A stretch of 62,342 nt of DNA, counting the filler, from Globobulimina sp. (Eukaryota): NCBI GenBank assembly GCA_003354225.1. It is 35 parts of 35 records of this genome, joined end to end, with 100 filler letters (N's around TTAATTAATTAA, not from the genome) between each part and the next. Parts side by side here need not be neighbours in the genome. Positions count along the whole stretch, not along the records: positions 19,637 to 21,320 come from PIVH01013147.1; positions 21,421 to 23,104 come from PIVH01013148.1; positions 23,205 to 24,888 come from PIVH01013149.1; positions 24,989 to 26,672 come from PIVH01013150.1; positions 26,773 to 28,456 come from PIVH01013151.1; positions 28,557 to 30,240 come from PIVH01013152.1; positions 30,341 to 32,024 come from PIVH01013153.1; positions 32,125 to 33,808 come from PIVH01013154.1; 27 more parts are not named here. One strand, 5' to 3'. The notes under the pieces were generated by a model, which was not told where the DNA came from, searched no databases, and saw nothing but the letters and a program-made list of their open reading frames with translations. Position numbers and translations under genes: made by a program. The first letter of the stretch is position 1. Each line of letters begins with the position of its first letter. Shown here piece by piece: positions 20,743 to 32,128 of the stretch.

Positions 20743-21320
20743 ATGATGGACAACAAAATCCATTTATCAGAACCTCCAATTTATAACCACCACCGATCGA
20801 AGGCATTGTATTATCGATCGAATGTCGATGGTAACGAATACATCATATTAATTCAATCGCGAGGCCCAAACAGACGTATATGCAAATACGATATAAAAAA
20901 TGATAAATATATTGCGATTTGCGCAAACAATATTATACTGAATACAAAATCACACTCATCAACAACATTATTCCCATTCAAATTTTCGAAATTATCACAA
21001 ATTATCAGTGTTGAAAACGAAAAAAAACAATTGCTCACAATATGTACAAATAAAAATCAATTGGCAACATTAAATTTAAATAATTTAAATTACACAAAAA
21101 ATTATCAATCACCAACTAATTATAATAAACTGCACACAAACAACCATAATATCCATCGCAACCTAATATGGCCTCTCATATTTAGCATCTTTGTATGCAA
21201 CAATTGCATATTATTGTCATTAATATACAGTGTAGTTTTATATTTTGTATCCATCAAAATTGCCAATTTTACGCATCAATTTGAGAAAGATATTAAATGC
21301 GTGATACCGCATTTCGAATT
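20743..21320 (+). CDS. Hypothetical protein (propeller-like N-terminal part plus TM hairpin), 3' truncated
   Basis: Open to the contig end. ICKYDIKNDKY is reminiscent of a kelch blade, followed by two hydrophobic segments. Confidence 0.45.
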
Positions 21321-21420
21321 NNNNNNNNNNNNNNNNNNNNNNNNNNNNNNNNNNNNNNNNNNNNTTAATTAATTAANNNNNNNNNNNNNNNNNNNNNNNN
21401 NNNNNNNNNNNNNNNNNNNN

Positions 21421-21811
21421 AATCTGCAATCCATTGCAATTTATTATTTGTATTTGTATTGGTTTTTGAATGTTCAATGCATTTCCAAATCCATTCAAAC
21501 CGATTGTTATTATTTTCAGAGTCACTGACAATATCTAGAATATTTTCAAAATCTGTTTTATTAAAATCATTCATAAAGTTATAACCAGTTAATTGATTCC
21601 TATATATAAACTGTGATAATTCATCACATATTTTAATATCATCATCATTAATATTCTCTATATTGCAATATTGGTTTGATATAATTTGCAGATATTCTCT
21701 TTTATAATGCACCAAAACAAGTATCCATTTCGATAGTTTTTCTGGTTTATTTAAATCATTCAAATTCACCATAGCAATATAATTCGATGCATCCAAAGTA
21801 CAGTGTGACAT
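21421..21811 (-). CDS. Hypothetical protein, 3' truncated
   Basis: ATG-initiated ORF open to the contig end, with protist-like composition. Confidence 0.45.
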
Positions 21812-21924
21812 ACTGACAGACTAAACGAATAACGACATATTCAACTGGATAAGTAAAAGCTGAGTGAATTATAATTGAACAGTTAACAAACTAACCGTGT
21901 AACAATGAGGTGTGCTCTATTAAG

Positions 21925-22608
21925 TTAACAGTATAACAATTCAACAGCACATCCGCTATGATATGTACGTATTACCGCCCTGTATTTTGTTCTCTCGATA
22001 TTTCTATGAGCAATCCCCATATCTGCACCATTCACACTATATTTAAGTGTGAAATTGGTAAGATCCAGATACATATCTATTATATCGCCAGTTTTACATT
22101 TAACGCCATATTGTGCTCCAGACCCCGTGCCATTGGCATTCATCATATATCCAACAGCGACTCTATAAACATAGCCACATTTAAAAACACCATGTCTCTG
22201 CTCCCAAAAATTTTGAATTGGCTGGTTCATCGCATTTGTTTTCCATATCCCAACAACCATTGCGTATCCCAGCGTTGATGACAGTTGTTTTATTCTGAAT
22301 TTCCAATGGTGTGAGCCATACTGCACAGTGTTTTTGCCATAAACCGAACAATAGCCGGTGCCTCCAATATGAGTGATACAATTTTTATTTAGGGAGTGCT
22401 TTGGGAAAATATATTGAGTGTCCCATTCGTCATACAAATGATAAAACACCGCACATATATTTTGAATGATATCTGGGAAATAATAATATGAATTTGTTTT
22501 GGAAATACTGCCAAATATATTGCTTTGTTGTTCTCTCAAATAACCATAAACAATCGATTTACTTCTGTTATTCACATGCTTTGATTTCTCGAATAAATTG
22601 AAAGTCAT
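21925..22608 (-). CDS. SPRY/B30.2-like domain protein with N-terminal GY-module
   Basis: HHWKFRIKQ, MVVGIW, YGVKCKTGDIIDMYLDLTNFTLKYSVNG and YRAVI match the SPRY pattern. Confidence 0.8.
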   Translation of the reverse strand: MTFNLFEKSKHVNNRSKSIVYGYLREQQSNIFGSISKTNSYYYFPDIIQNICAVFYHLYDEWDTQYIFPKHSLNKNCITHIGGTGYCSVYGKNTVQYGSHHWKFRIKQLSSTLGYAMVVGIWKTNAMNQPIQNFWEQRHGVFKCGYVYRVAVGYMMNANGTGSGAQYGVKCKTGDIIDMYLDLTNFTLKYSVNGADMGIAHRNIERTKYRAVIRTYHSGCAVELLYC

Positions 22609-22839
22609 ACACAGTGTATAGGTAATTTAATTCTTTTCGTTGGTAATTAAAATTGATCTTAGATCCCATTGTTGCAAACTAAGGAACATTCTTTTTTTGA
22701 GTTAGCATCTAATGTGCTACAACATGCAGGCATTCAGATATTAAAAAGGCCCAAGCAATACAACATAACTAAATGCTGACATCATTGTGTCACTTCGAGA
22801 AATCTTGAAATGGCTTTTCGCCGTGATTTCTCGAGCGAG

Positions 22840-23104
22840 CTATTCATAGTTTATGTTCAACGCTGCCAACTTATCCAAAACATTTTGTTTTGTGTTTATT
22901 TCAACAATCTGCTCTCCATTCAAAATCTCACCATTTGTTTGTCGCTGTTCCAATGTTGTAATATCTTTATATTTTTCATTTAGTTTTCTTATTTTATTCC
23001 GCTTTTTTTTATCATCTTCTTGTTTATCTATTTTGTTCCTTTCCATTCGCATCTCCTCTGATAACATCACACCGCTTCCATAGGAAAAGTTACCTTTTCC
23101 CCAA
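22840..23104 (-). CDS. C-terminal coiled-coil hairpin of the PYM/eIF2A C-terminal type (fragment)
   Basis: KKRNKIRKLNEKYKDITTLEQRQTNGEILNGEQIVEINTK pattern. Confidence 0.45.
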
Positions 23105-23204
23105 NNNNNNNNNNNNNNNNNNNNNNNNNNNNNNNNNNNNNNNNNNNNTTAATTAATTAANNNNNNNNNNNNNNNNNNNNNNNNNNNNNNNNNNNNNNNN
23201 NNNN

Positions 23205-23618
23205 GGAAGTGATAATATTGCTAGATTAGATCGATGGATTTCAGCTGAGAATAATGATGGAATTGAAATGATTCAAAAAGGAGTTAAATCGTTTGATGAT
23301 TTTTTTAGTGTCACATTATTGCAAAATAAAGTGGTTTTATGGCTGTTAAGGATATTAACATTTTTTATGATAAGTGGTGGAGCGTATATTTGGTGTGGAT
23401 TCTTAAATGAATTAGTGATCGAATTGCCAGTTGTTAATAAATTAACATTTAATTCTATACCAATATTAAGTTTAATATTTGGATTATTTTGCTATTCCAT
23501 ATTGTTTGGTGTTTGTTGGACATTTTATCATCCATTTGGTGGAAGCATTATTGTTGCGGTTGCTATTATTTTAATAGTTTGTATTCAAACTGGGTATGTG
23601 TTTATATATTTTGTTTAA
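23205..23618 (+). CDS. TMEM43-like membrane protein, C-terminal fragment
   Basis: WLLRILTFFM, LPVVNKL and CWTFYHP with four C-terminal TM segments, as in TMEM43. Confidence 0.6.
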   Translation, partial: GSDNIARLDRWISAENNDGIEMIQKGVKSFDDFFSVTLLQNKVVLWLLRILTFFMISGGAYIWCGFLNELVIELPVVNKLTFNSIPILSLIFGLFCYSILFGVCWTFYHPFGGSIIVAVAIILIVCIQTGYVFIYFV

Positions 23619-23958
23619 TGTTTGCTCTTTTTGTTTATGCAATGAAATGTTCAGATTACTTTCAATGGAACAGAATGGAACACACAATGATAAGGAATAC
23701 AACAAAGTGACGCAAAACGAACAAGAGGAATATTCCGAATATAGCAGTGGTTATAATATCGACGACTGATGTGATTGCATAGCAAATTGAGGATTGCTGA
23801 CGATGTTGATTTTTTTGTTGTTGAATGGCATCAATTAAATGCTAAATAACACGTGGAAATGTTATAATTTGTGATTAGAATATTTAATTTTCATGAATTT
23901 ATCTTGACGACCTAAACGTTCTTAGTTAGAAAAAAAGTACTGAACCTATATCACCAGG

Positions 23959-24888
23959 ATGGGCTGCACTTTTTCTAAAAAGAAGAACTATGCAAATCGT
24001 TATAAAACTAAGATTGCGTCGAGCAATGCTTATGACTTGAAATTTCCCATAGAAACCAAATTGCTGTGTTTCATATTTTCATTCTTTATATATCATATTC
24101 TGTGGAATTTATTCATTTTATATTCAGACTGGACAATTTTGGATTTACAAATCTCAAAACAACTGCAATTATATGCATTGAATGCAAAGATTGTGTTCCC
24201 CAAAATTTTAGCAGACAAAATTAACAAATTATCATATTTGCAAAATGATACTGATGTTATCATTGCTGGCATGGTCCGTAATGCACAAAATACTTTACCT
24301 GACCTTCTGAAGCAAGTCGAATTATTCGCTTGCTCATTTCACTCCGCTCATATTGTTATTTTTGAAAGCAACTCTCATGATTTGACACCATTGATTTTGA
24401 ATAATTGGTTGAAAGCAATGAAATCATCAAATAATATGAACAAATCAGCAGATAAAATATGTCAACATTACAACAAAATGATTCATATAACATTGTTACA
24501 GCCACAATACGAATTGCTAAGTGTTCGGAAATTGTATCAACACCATCGGAGAGCAAAGATGAAACACTCAAATTTCAATAAAGAAGATGTGAGAATTGGT
24601 AAATATGTGCAATATAGGAATCTGATGTTAAATTATATTCAAAAAGTGCAAAAAGCAAATAATATTAATATTGATTATTTAATTTGGATGGATTTTGATT
24701 TAGTTGGTTTTGATATGCAGCGGTATTTAACGGAGTTTATGCATATGCACAAAAAGGAGAAATACTATCATGTATTGTGTGGAAACGGTATTAAATATAA
24801 CGGTTGGTATTATGATACATATTCGACTGTTTTCGGAGATTTTAATGATGAAAATGATGGAAATGATTGGGCGTATTTAGAATATCAC
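23959..24888 (+). CDS. GT-A glycosyltransferase, CAP59/GT69-like; 3' truncated
   Basis: VIIAGMVRN, IVIFESNSHDLT, RIGKYVQYRN, DxD motif WMDFDL, LCGNG and YYDTY; N-terminal TM anchor. Confidence 0.75.
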
Positions 24889-25159
24889 NNNNNNNNNNNN
24901 NNNNNNNNNNNNNNNNNNNNNNNNNNNNNNNNTTAATTAATTAANNNNNNNNNNNNNNNNNNNNNNNNNNNNNNNNNNNNNNNNNNNNACATCAATTTGG
25001 TGGAAAAAAAAAAAACATTTTAAAAAAAAAAAAAAAGAATCTTTAAAAAAAAAAATTTAAAATAAATTTATATTTGTTAGTTTTTTTTTTTTTTTACAGT
25101 TTCTTGTTTGATAAGGTATCGAGTCAGAAATATCACGATTAAACAATATACTTTCAAAC

Positions 25160-26593
25160 GTGTCAATATTTTTGACAAACGAAATATATTGTGAACAAAT
25201 AGATACCATTATACTCATTTTACAAACAAAATGTAACATCACAAATGATCAAATTAAAACACACTCCAACAACTTGGCGTTTTGTATCAACAGAAAGTAT
25301 TGGTCACAAATATTTGCATTATATAATAACTCGATTGCAGTTCAAAATATAGTAAATATAAATAATGAATCGTCTATCAATTATAAACAAAATGAAGAAT
25401 ACGAAGAGTTAGTGTTGATTTTTAAAGAGAGTTTACCATCTGATAAAGACACGAAAAATAAATTTATTCAAATGCTGAATAATATTAATAACAACAGAAA
25501 CAAACAGACGTACACACTGAATCCAAGAATATTACAGTTTGCAGGAGAAAGTAAAAAAGGTTTTTGTAAATCATGTAATGTAAAAATCGGAAAACATGAA
25601 GGCAGTTTTTGCGACAATGGTGATGATTGCATAATATTAGAAATAGATAAAGAAAATAAAACAAACGATAGACACACACATTCAAATAATGGTTTGTCGT
25701 TCCATGCAGAGTGTTGCGCGCATTTACATTTTGATCATATTGACTTATGCGGAGGATGCATTTTAAAAGCACAACACGAGTTAAGAGAGTTTCCAACGTT
25801 TAAGAAATATGGTAAAAATAAAAGAGAAAAAAACAAGTTTGTGGATGAAATAAATCTAGTTTTACAACAAAAATATGTTTCAGTGCAATGTTATTTTGCT
25901 TACGTTTGGATAATACTATTTATTGGCCAGTCTGTTGATAAAGACTTTGAATTATATTTCGCGTGCCCAATGCATTCATTATATTTATATAATAAAAGTA
26001 TTGCAACATATTCAATGGAACTTCAAATATTAAAATATTGTGATAAATATGATATTTCAACACCAAACACTTTACCAGAACCTGTTTTGTTTGCAAGAAA
26101 CGTATCGAGAACAATTTCGATGAGTGACACTGTGTTACAAACTGTAAATCAAAGTTTACAAAACATTTATAAAAAAGCAACTATCAATTTTGTCGCACAT
26201 TCGCATGATAATCATTGTATGGGTATGCTTCAGGTTAATTATCCATCAGCAAGAGCGAAAAGTATACAACAAAAACAAATACGACTTCTTTTAAACAAGA
26301 AAATAATATCTGCCACCAAATATAATAACAAATCAAGAATAATTAATAAACACGAGAAAATTGTCGGTTTTGAAGATTTAGAGAATTTCACTGTGAAAAT
26401 GAATTTTGTGATTTATTGGATGTACTTTTCGTATAAATTTAACGAATCGAAAGCAAGAACACTATATATTGAAAATATGTTAAAGAAACCTGGTGCAAAA
26501 ACTGTGTCTGTACCACGCAATTATAGTTTAGCAGTAAAGCAAATAAGTACAGAACAAACATCAAGGGATGAAAAGGACAGAACAGTAAAATAA
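25160..26593 (+). CDS. Hypothetical protein with a PHD-like Zn finger
   Basis: 477-aa intron-free ORF with CKSC..CDNGDDC..FHAEC..CGGC (C4-H-C3 spacing). The start codon is uncertain. Confidence 0.55.
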   Translation: MSIFLTNEIYCEQIDTIILILQTKCNITNDQIKTHSNNLAFCINRKYWSQIFALYNNSIAVQNIVNINNESSINYKQNEEYEELVLIFKESLPSDKDTKNKFIQMLNNINNNRNKQTYTLNPRILQFAGESKKGFCKSCNVKIGKHEGSFCDNGDDCIILEIDKENKTNDRHTHSNNGLSFHAECCAHLHFDHIDLCGGCILKAQHELREFPTFKKYGKNKREKNKFVDEINLVLQQKYVSVQCYFAYVWIILFIGQSVDKDFELYFACPMHSLYLYNKSIATYSMELQILKYCDKYDISTPNTLPEPVLFARNVSRTISMSDTVLQTVNQSLQNIYKKATINFVAHSHDNHCMGMLQVNYPSARAKSIQQKQIRLLLNKKIISATKYNNKSRIINKHEKIVGFEDLENFTVKMNFVIYWMYFSYKFNESKARTLYIENMLKKPGAKTVSVPRNYSLAVKQISTEQTSRDEKDRTVK

Positions 26594-26772
26594 TATTTTT
26601 TATATAAAAAAAAGGAATTTTATTCAAAGAGGAAGAGGAAGAGGAAGAGGTTATTTTGCTCGCAGCGGAAGANNNNNNNNNNNNNNNNNNNNNNNNNNNN
26701 NNNNNNNNNNNNNNNNTTAATTAATTAANNNNNNNNNNNNNNNNNNNNNNNNNNNNNNNNNNNNNNNNNNNN

Positions 26773-28456
26773 CCCATTCGAACTAATTTTCATTTTCTTA
26801 CCTTTTGGTATTTGCATATTAATATCCTCGCCAATCTCATCCAATTTCCTTTTGGTTCCACTCAATTTATTATTATTATCGTCATTTGATCGTATTGTCG
26901 ATGCCAATCCATTCTCATTTCCATCATTTTCTTCATTTATACCAAACGAAACTGATTTTGAGTTCAATTTTTCTCCATTTTCCGACGAAGAAATAATATC
27001 AAATTCTTGCTGCATTGGCAAATCTGTTGACATTTAGAAACATATTTTTTTATCAAAAAAATAAAAATAATATTATACCACTTTGCAACTGATTCAATTG
27101 CATTTCATCATTTTCCTCAGAAACAGAAACTGATTTTTCCTTCGAATTCGCATCTTCGTTTTCTTTCATATCAATATCAATGTCGTCATCATCTTTATCG
27201 TTATCATTGTTATTATTCTGTGCCTTATCATCGTCCATATCATCAATTAATGGATTAAAACTATTTTGTGTCTCTGAAAAAGTTAATATTGGATCATCCA
27301 AATCCTTTAAACCGACATATTCTTTTTTTTTACGTGCGACTGCTTTCCGTCTACTTCGCGTACTCACTATCGATTTTTTACGTTTTTTGTTTCTTTTCTT
27401 GTTTTCTTTGTTAATATCTGTAATGTCTACGTCCCGCGATTTGGTTTCTGTGCTTTCATTTTCTTTTTCTTTTGCTTTTTCCTGAAATTTATGATATATT
27501 GTATGAATTAACGGATATTCTTTTTTCATTCGTTTTGAATCGATAATTAATTTAATTTGGGGATTGTTATCAATACAACAATGAGTACACGTCATCTCCA
27601 TATACGTAGTGAAACATTTACAGATCAAATCATATAACAACACATTATCCGATTCTGTCGACTCTGAGCTCTGAGGGAAACACTCAAAACTTTCATTGTT
27701 AATGTAATATAACAATTTATTTGATATTTTTTCGCACCAAATATTAATATATTCAGTTTCTGATAATTTTGATAAATATCTATTGAATGATTTGATAAAA
27801 TGCTTGGCCGATTTTATCCATTTATGTGACAGTGAATCAATCTCATTATTTCGATGCATTATATATAAAAAAGTGGAGGTTATTAATTCAAACAATTGCT
27901 TATTATGTTGAATATCGGCTGATTCTAACAATAAATGCAAACAATTAATTAATAGTAAATCGGTTGCGATCTCGTTTTGTAATTTAAATTGTTTGCATTT
28001 ACACCATTTCATGAAAATTAATTCGTGATTGGCGTCGCATAAACAATTATAAATATTTGTTATAAATGCATTTAAATTTGATTTATTTAAATCATTGACC
28101 AATTTGTGAGTAATATCGATTGCATTTGATGCTAACATGGAACATTTGTGAGCAATCTCATTTTTTTCATTTGGTTCAAACCATTCTATTTTAAATATTA
28201 CGCTATTATTTGCATTGAATTTGATATCAAAAATAGTGATGAATTTAAATAATAATTCCAATGACTGTTGAGAGAGTGATATTATTTTATTATAAATATC
28301 TTTTTTATTCTCGTTAATAATATTATTTGTATTTAATAATTGTTGAATTGATTGGATTGGAAGTAAATCATTAAATATTTGGTGGAAAATATGTGATAAA
28401 ACGCGACACAAATTTCTTAATGTACCACTATCATTGTTTTGAATTTCAGTCATTTT
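26773..28456 (-). CDS. Large nuclear-type protein fragment (helical repeats then acidic/basic disordered tail), 2 exons (intron 27024-27078)
   Basis: A 55-bp GT..AG intron joins ORFs 27053..28453 and 26725..27033 in frame. NLS-like basic clusters and a KSVSF motif are present. Confidence 0.6.
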
Positions 28457-28556
28457 NNNNNNNNNNNNNNNNNNNNNNNNNNNNNNNNNNNNNNNNNNNN
28501 TTAATTAATTAANNNNNNNNNNNNNNNNNNNNNNNNNNNNNNNNNNNNNNNNNNNN

Positions 28557-30180
28557 TTGGTTTTGTTTGTTTATAAATAAAATTAAAAAACTCATCATAT
28601 GACATAACAGATTCTGTTCTGTCACGAATTAAATAAATGGTACAAAATTCTTTATTTTTATCACTTTGAGATTCCGATATTATTTCAATTGATTGATAGC
28701 GATAATTTATTGATTGCAAATATTGCAAAATTGTGTTTAATTTCGAAATATATTTATTATTATTATTATCTATTAATGATAGAAAAGAATATTGTTTCCC
28801 ATTTTGTTGATTCTTTTCATTTTTTTTTATAAATGTTTGTATGATGTCAGATTTTACATTTTTTCCAATACGGATAATAAATGATTGTCCATTGTCTAAT
28901 AAATATATTCCATTCGCAGAGACTGATTTTAATGTTAATGGAGCCTCAAAGGGCAAATAATATTCGTCATTGAAGGTCTCCTCATCCAATGACAATATAT
29001 CATCGATGCGGTACAAAGAGGGCCGGATTAATAACTCGATGTTATTATTATTTATATGCAATATGCAGATTAATAAAGCGATACGAATGTCGATATTCAT
29101 CCATTGCGATACGTCACGAATGTCGGCAAAGGCACTACATTTTAACAGACCCAATGTATTTAATGGTAAATATCGGATAGATAATGGATACTCACTCTCC
29201 ACGCTGCAATATTTGCAATACTTACAATAACTTTGCAAGACTCCGATGCAGCAATCTTGGATAAACATGCGCGACGACGCAATATCTTTGGATAACATTT
29301 TAAACACCGCCTGTTTGGCGATCAGCGCAGTCATCACCGACAAGTTCACATTGTTAAATAACTCGTCATAGGACGAGGTCACACCGATTCTTTTTGTACA
29401 ACAACGGATTCTTCGCTGACCCGAATTATTTGTATACAATAAAGCAGATTGAATATAAATGTATGGCACATTTATTGTATTATTATTATTATTGGTCTTA
29501 TCATTGCTGGACTCCTCATTCGAACTGCTTTGTTGACTGTGCTCTAATAATATTGTGACTGTTTTATCACAATCGATGGTAGGGATTGATAGCAAATCCG
29601 CGGATCGCCGATAAAAACATCCATAATAATGCTTAATGCAAATACCTTTGGATACTCTTATTCGCATCACCGACTCCCATCCTTTTTGTCTGTTCAATAA
29701 TTTGTACAAATCGTTGCAAAATGCATTACTATTTAGGCCATCATTGTATTGGTTGTAATAAAATAGTTCGCCGCCGCTACAGCGACAGATCCCTTTTATG
29801 GTTGAGATGTCCACATATTCCGAATCTGAGTCAGAACCGCAAAATTGAAATAAATCACAAGAGATTTGATATTTTGTTAAAGAAATTGCCAAATCCATAA
29901 AAAAATTATTTGAACGTTTTAGTAACTTATCATATTCATTTGCATTGTTTACATTTGTATTTATGCTTCGATTCATTACTTTTCCTTTTCCCAAAGAGGG
30001 CAAACCATAGGAAAAACAAACTATTTTCCCTCCAATCTCTTTTAAGGCAGAAAAGCCACATTCCAATGCGGTGCCTAATGCATTATCACAAGACGCGGAT
30101 TCATTGTCTGTCTCATGCAAACTTGGCAATATTGTCAAAAAATGGTCAATTAATTCATGTGATTCTGATAAAGAAGTCAT
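28557..30180 (-). CDS. SEC24: COPII coat subunit Sec24 (trunk, beta-sandwich, helical and gelsolin-like domains), partial
   Basis: GGKIVCFSYGLPSLGKG, GWESVMRIRVSKG, IQSALLYTNNSGQRRIR, LPLNTLGLLK, GIYLLDNG and SYDEF. Confidence 0.93.
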
Positions 30181-30604
30181 AATCTAAAAGTATTTTAAGT
30201 GTAAAAAAATAAATTGAAATGATGTGTAATCTTATTATCTNNNNNNNNNNNNNNNNNNNNNNNNNNNNNNNNNNNNNNNNNNNNTTAATTAATTAANNNN
30301 NNNNNNNNNNNNNNNNNNNNNNNNNNNNNNNNNNNNNNNNATGAAAAAAACCATAAGTATTTAGGTCATATAATAAGTAAAAGTTTATTAGGGAATAATA
30401 AAAAGATAGAATGGAATCCGTATCTTGATACTTCTGAGGATGATATTTCTGTGAAAATTATACATGCAATCAATGATATGGAAAATGTAGATGTATATCA
30501 TGATTGAGTTAGATTAAAAACATATTGTTTTTGTGTAATATTGTGTAGCACCGACAGCAGCTGAACTTTGAAGCAAGTTTTCTAATCTAAAGCACTCAAA
30601 GTCA

Positions 30605-32024
30605 ATGGCTTCTACACCAAGCAAAATTGAGATAGAATTGTGGTTAAAAGAAAGAAATCTGGACCAATTAATAAACGAATTTAAACAAAGAAATATCAGC
30701 ATAGAAGAATTATGTGAATTTGAGGAGCACGATTTAAAGTTAAAAAGAAAACATGCTGTGCGCTATGCACATATTAATAATTATATAAAAATCGTATATT
30801 AAACAGAGAATTTGGAATAGGTTTTGGTTTAGATACATTTGATTCAGCTCGCTTTGCAAAATATGTTGCAAAATTCAAACAAGAACACAATACTGCAATA
30901 TCACGAGCTGTGGTCATTACAGCAAATGAAGAGCAACTTTTACAGAAATTAGAAGCTCGAAAAAATGATATTTTACATTTAATAAATAGGGCAGATTCCG
31001 ATTCATCCGCAGCCAAACAAATAAACGCGAAAAACGCAAAGTTTATCGAGCGAAAATTTGTTGAATTAATTACAAAAATCCAGCAAAAGAAACAAAATAT
31101 TTTAACAGATATTGCTGCAACACAGGCAGCCAAACAATCCATCATTCAAAAGAATGCTCAGATATTACATGAATACTTAACCAATATAGAAAATATCAGC
31201 AATACGTACAATAAATGGTTAGTACAAAATACAATGACTCGGTACCAACGTAAAGATAAATTGTCTAAGTTAGTGGAAGAAGAATGTGACTCTAAATTAT
31301 TGCCACAAATTGCTGATGTTCAAGTGGTATACAACAATGCTTTGATTTTACCGTTTTTATCAGAAATATGTAAGATTGTGAATATTGGATTATTTTTCCC
31401 GCTAATTTCAGAGTTTGAAACAATTCATATTGGCTCTCGTCATGCAACTATAAAATGGAAGGCAAAGTTAAGTAAAGCACAGTTGATTTATACTGAACAG
31501 GACCAACTTAACATGGATCATATTATGATGAGTTTGCAATGTCAAAAAGTTCAAACACGAGAAGCAAAAGATGCTGATCACGATTTTGAAGATGAAACTA
31601 AAGAATTGGAAGAAACTCAATTGATCCATTGTATTGATTATGAACTGGATGAAGAAGAATATGAATATAGTTTTGATGATTTAACTCCAGGTTCAACGTA
31701 TTCGATAACGTTGAAATGTATATCAATGTTAAAAAAATCATTGATATCTCAACATCACAAAGATGATTTGAATACGTTTAAAATCATTGAAAAACATTTT
31801 CAAACATTGCGCAAATTTAAACAGTTTACTTTCAGGTATAAATACCTTACTTATTATAGTGCACATACTGTGTATATTTAGTTATAAATAATATTTCTGT
31901 CCAGTTCTAGTTTGGAGAGAGTTAATATTGTAAATGATGGCAAAACTGCTCGTTATGGGAATGTAAGTGATGGCTTATTATGTTGTGTTATTTTGGGGGA
32001 TAAAATTGATACACATATTGAAAA
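30605..32024 (+). CDS. SAM + coiled-coil + FN3-like + start of SPRY-like domain; introns 30739-30806 and 31836-31904
   Basis: IELWLKERNLDQLINEFKQRNI (SAM) and ATIKWK..YSFDDLTPGSTYSITL (FN3). Both GT-AG introns preserve the frame. Confidence 0.75.
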
Positions 32025-32128
32025 NNNNNNNNNNNNNNNNNNNNNNNNNNNNNNNNNNNNNNNNNNNNTTAATTAATTAANNNNNNNNNNNNNNNNNNNN
32101 NNNNNNNNNNNNNNNNNNNNNNNNAGAA

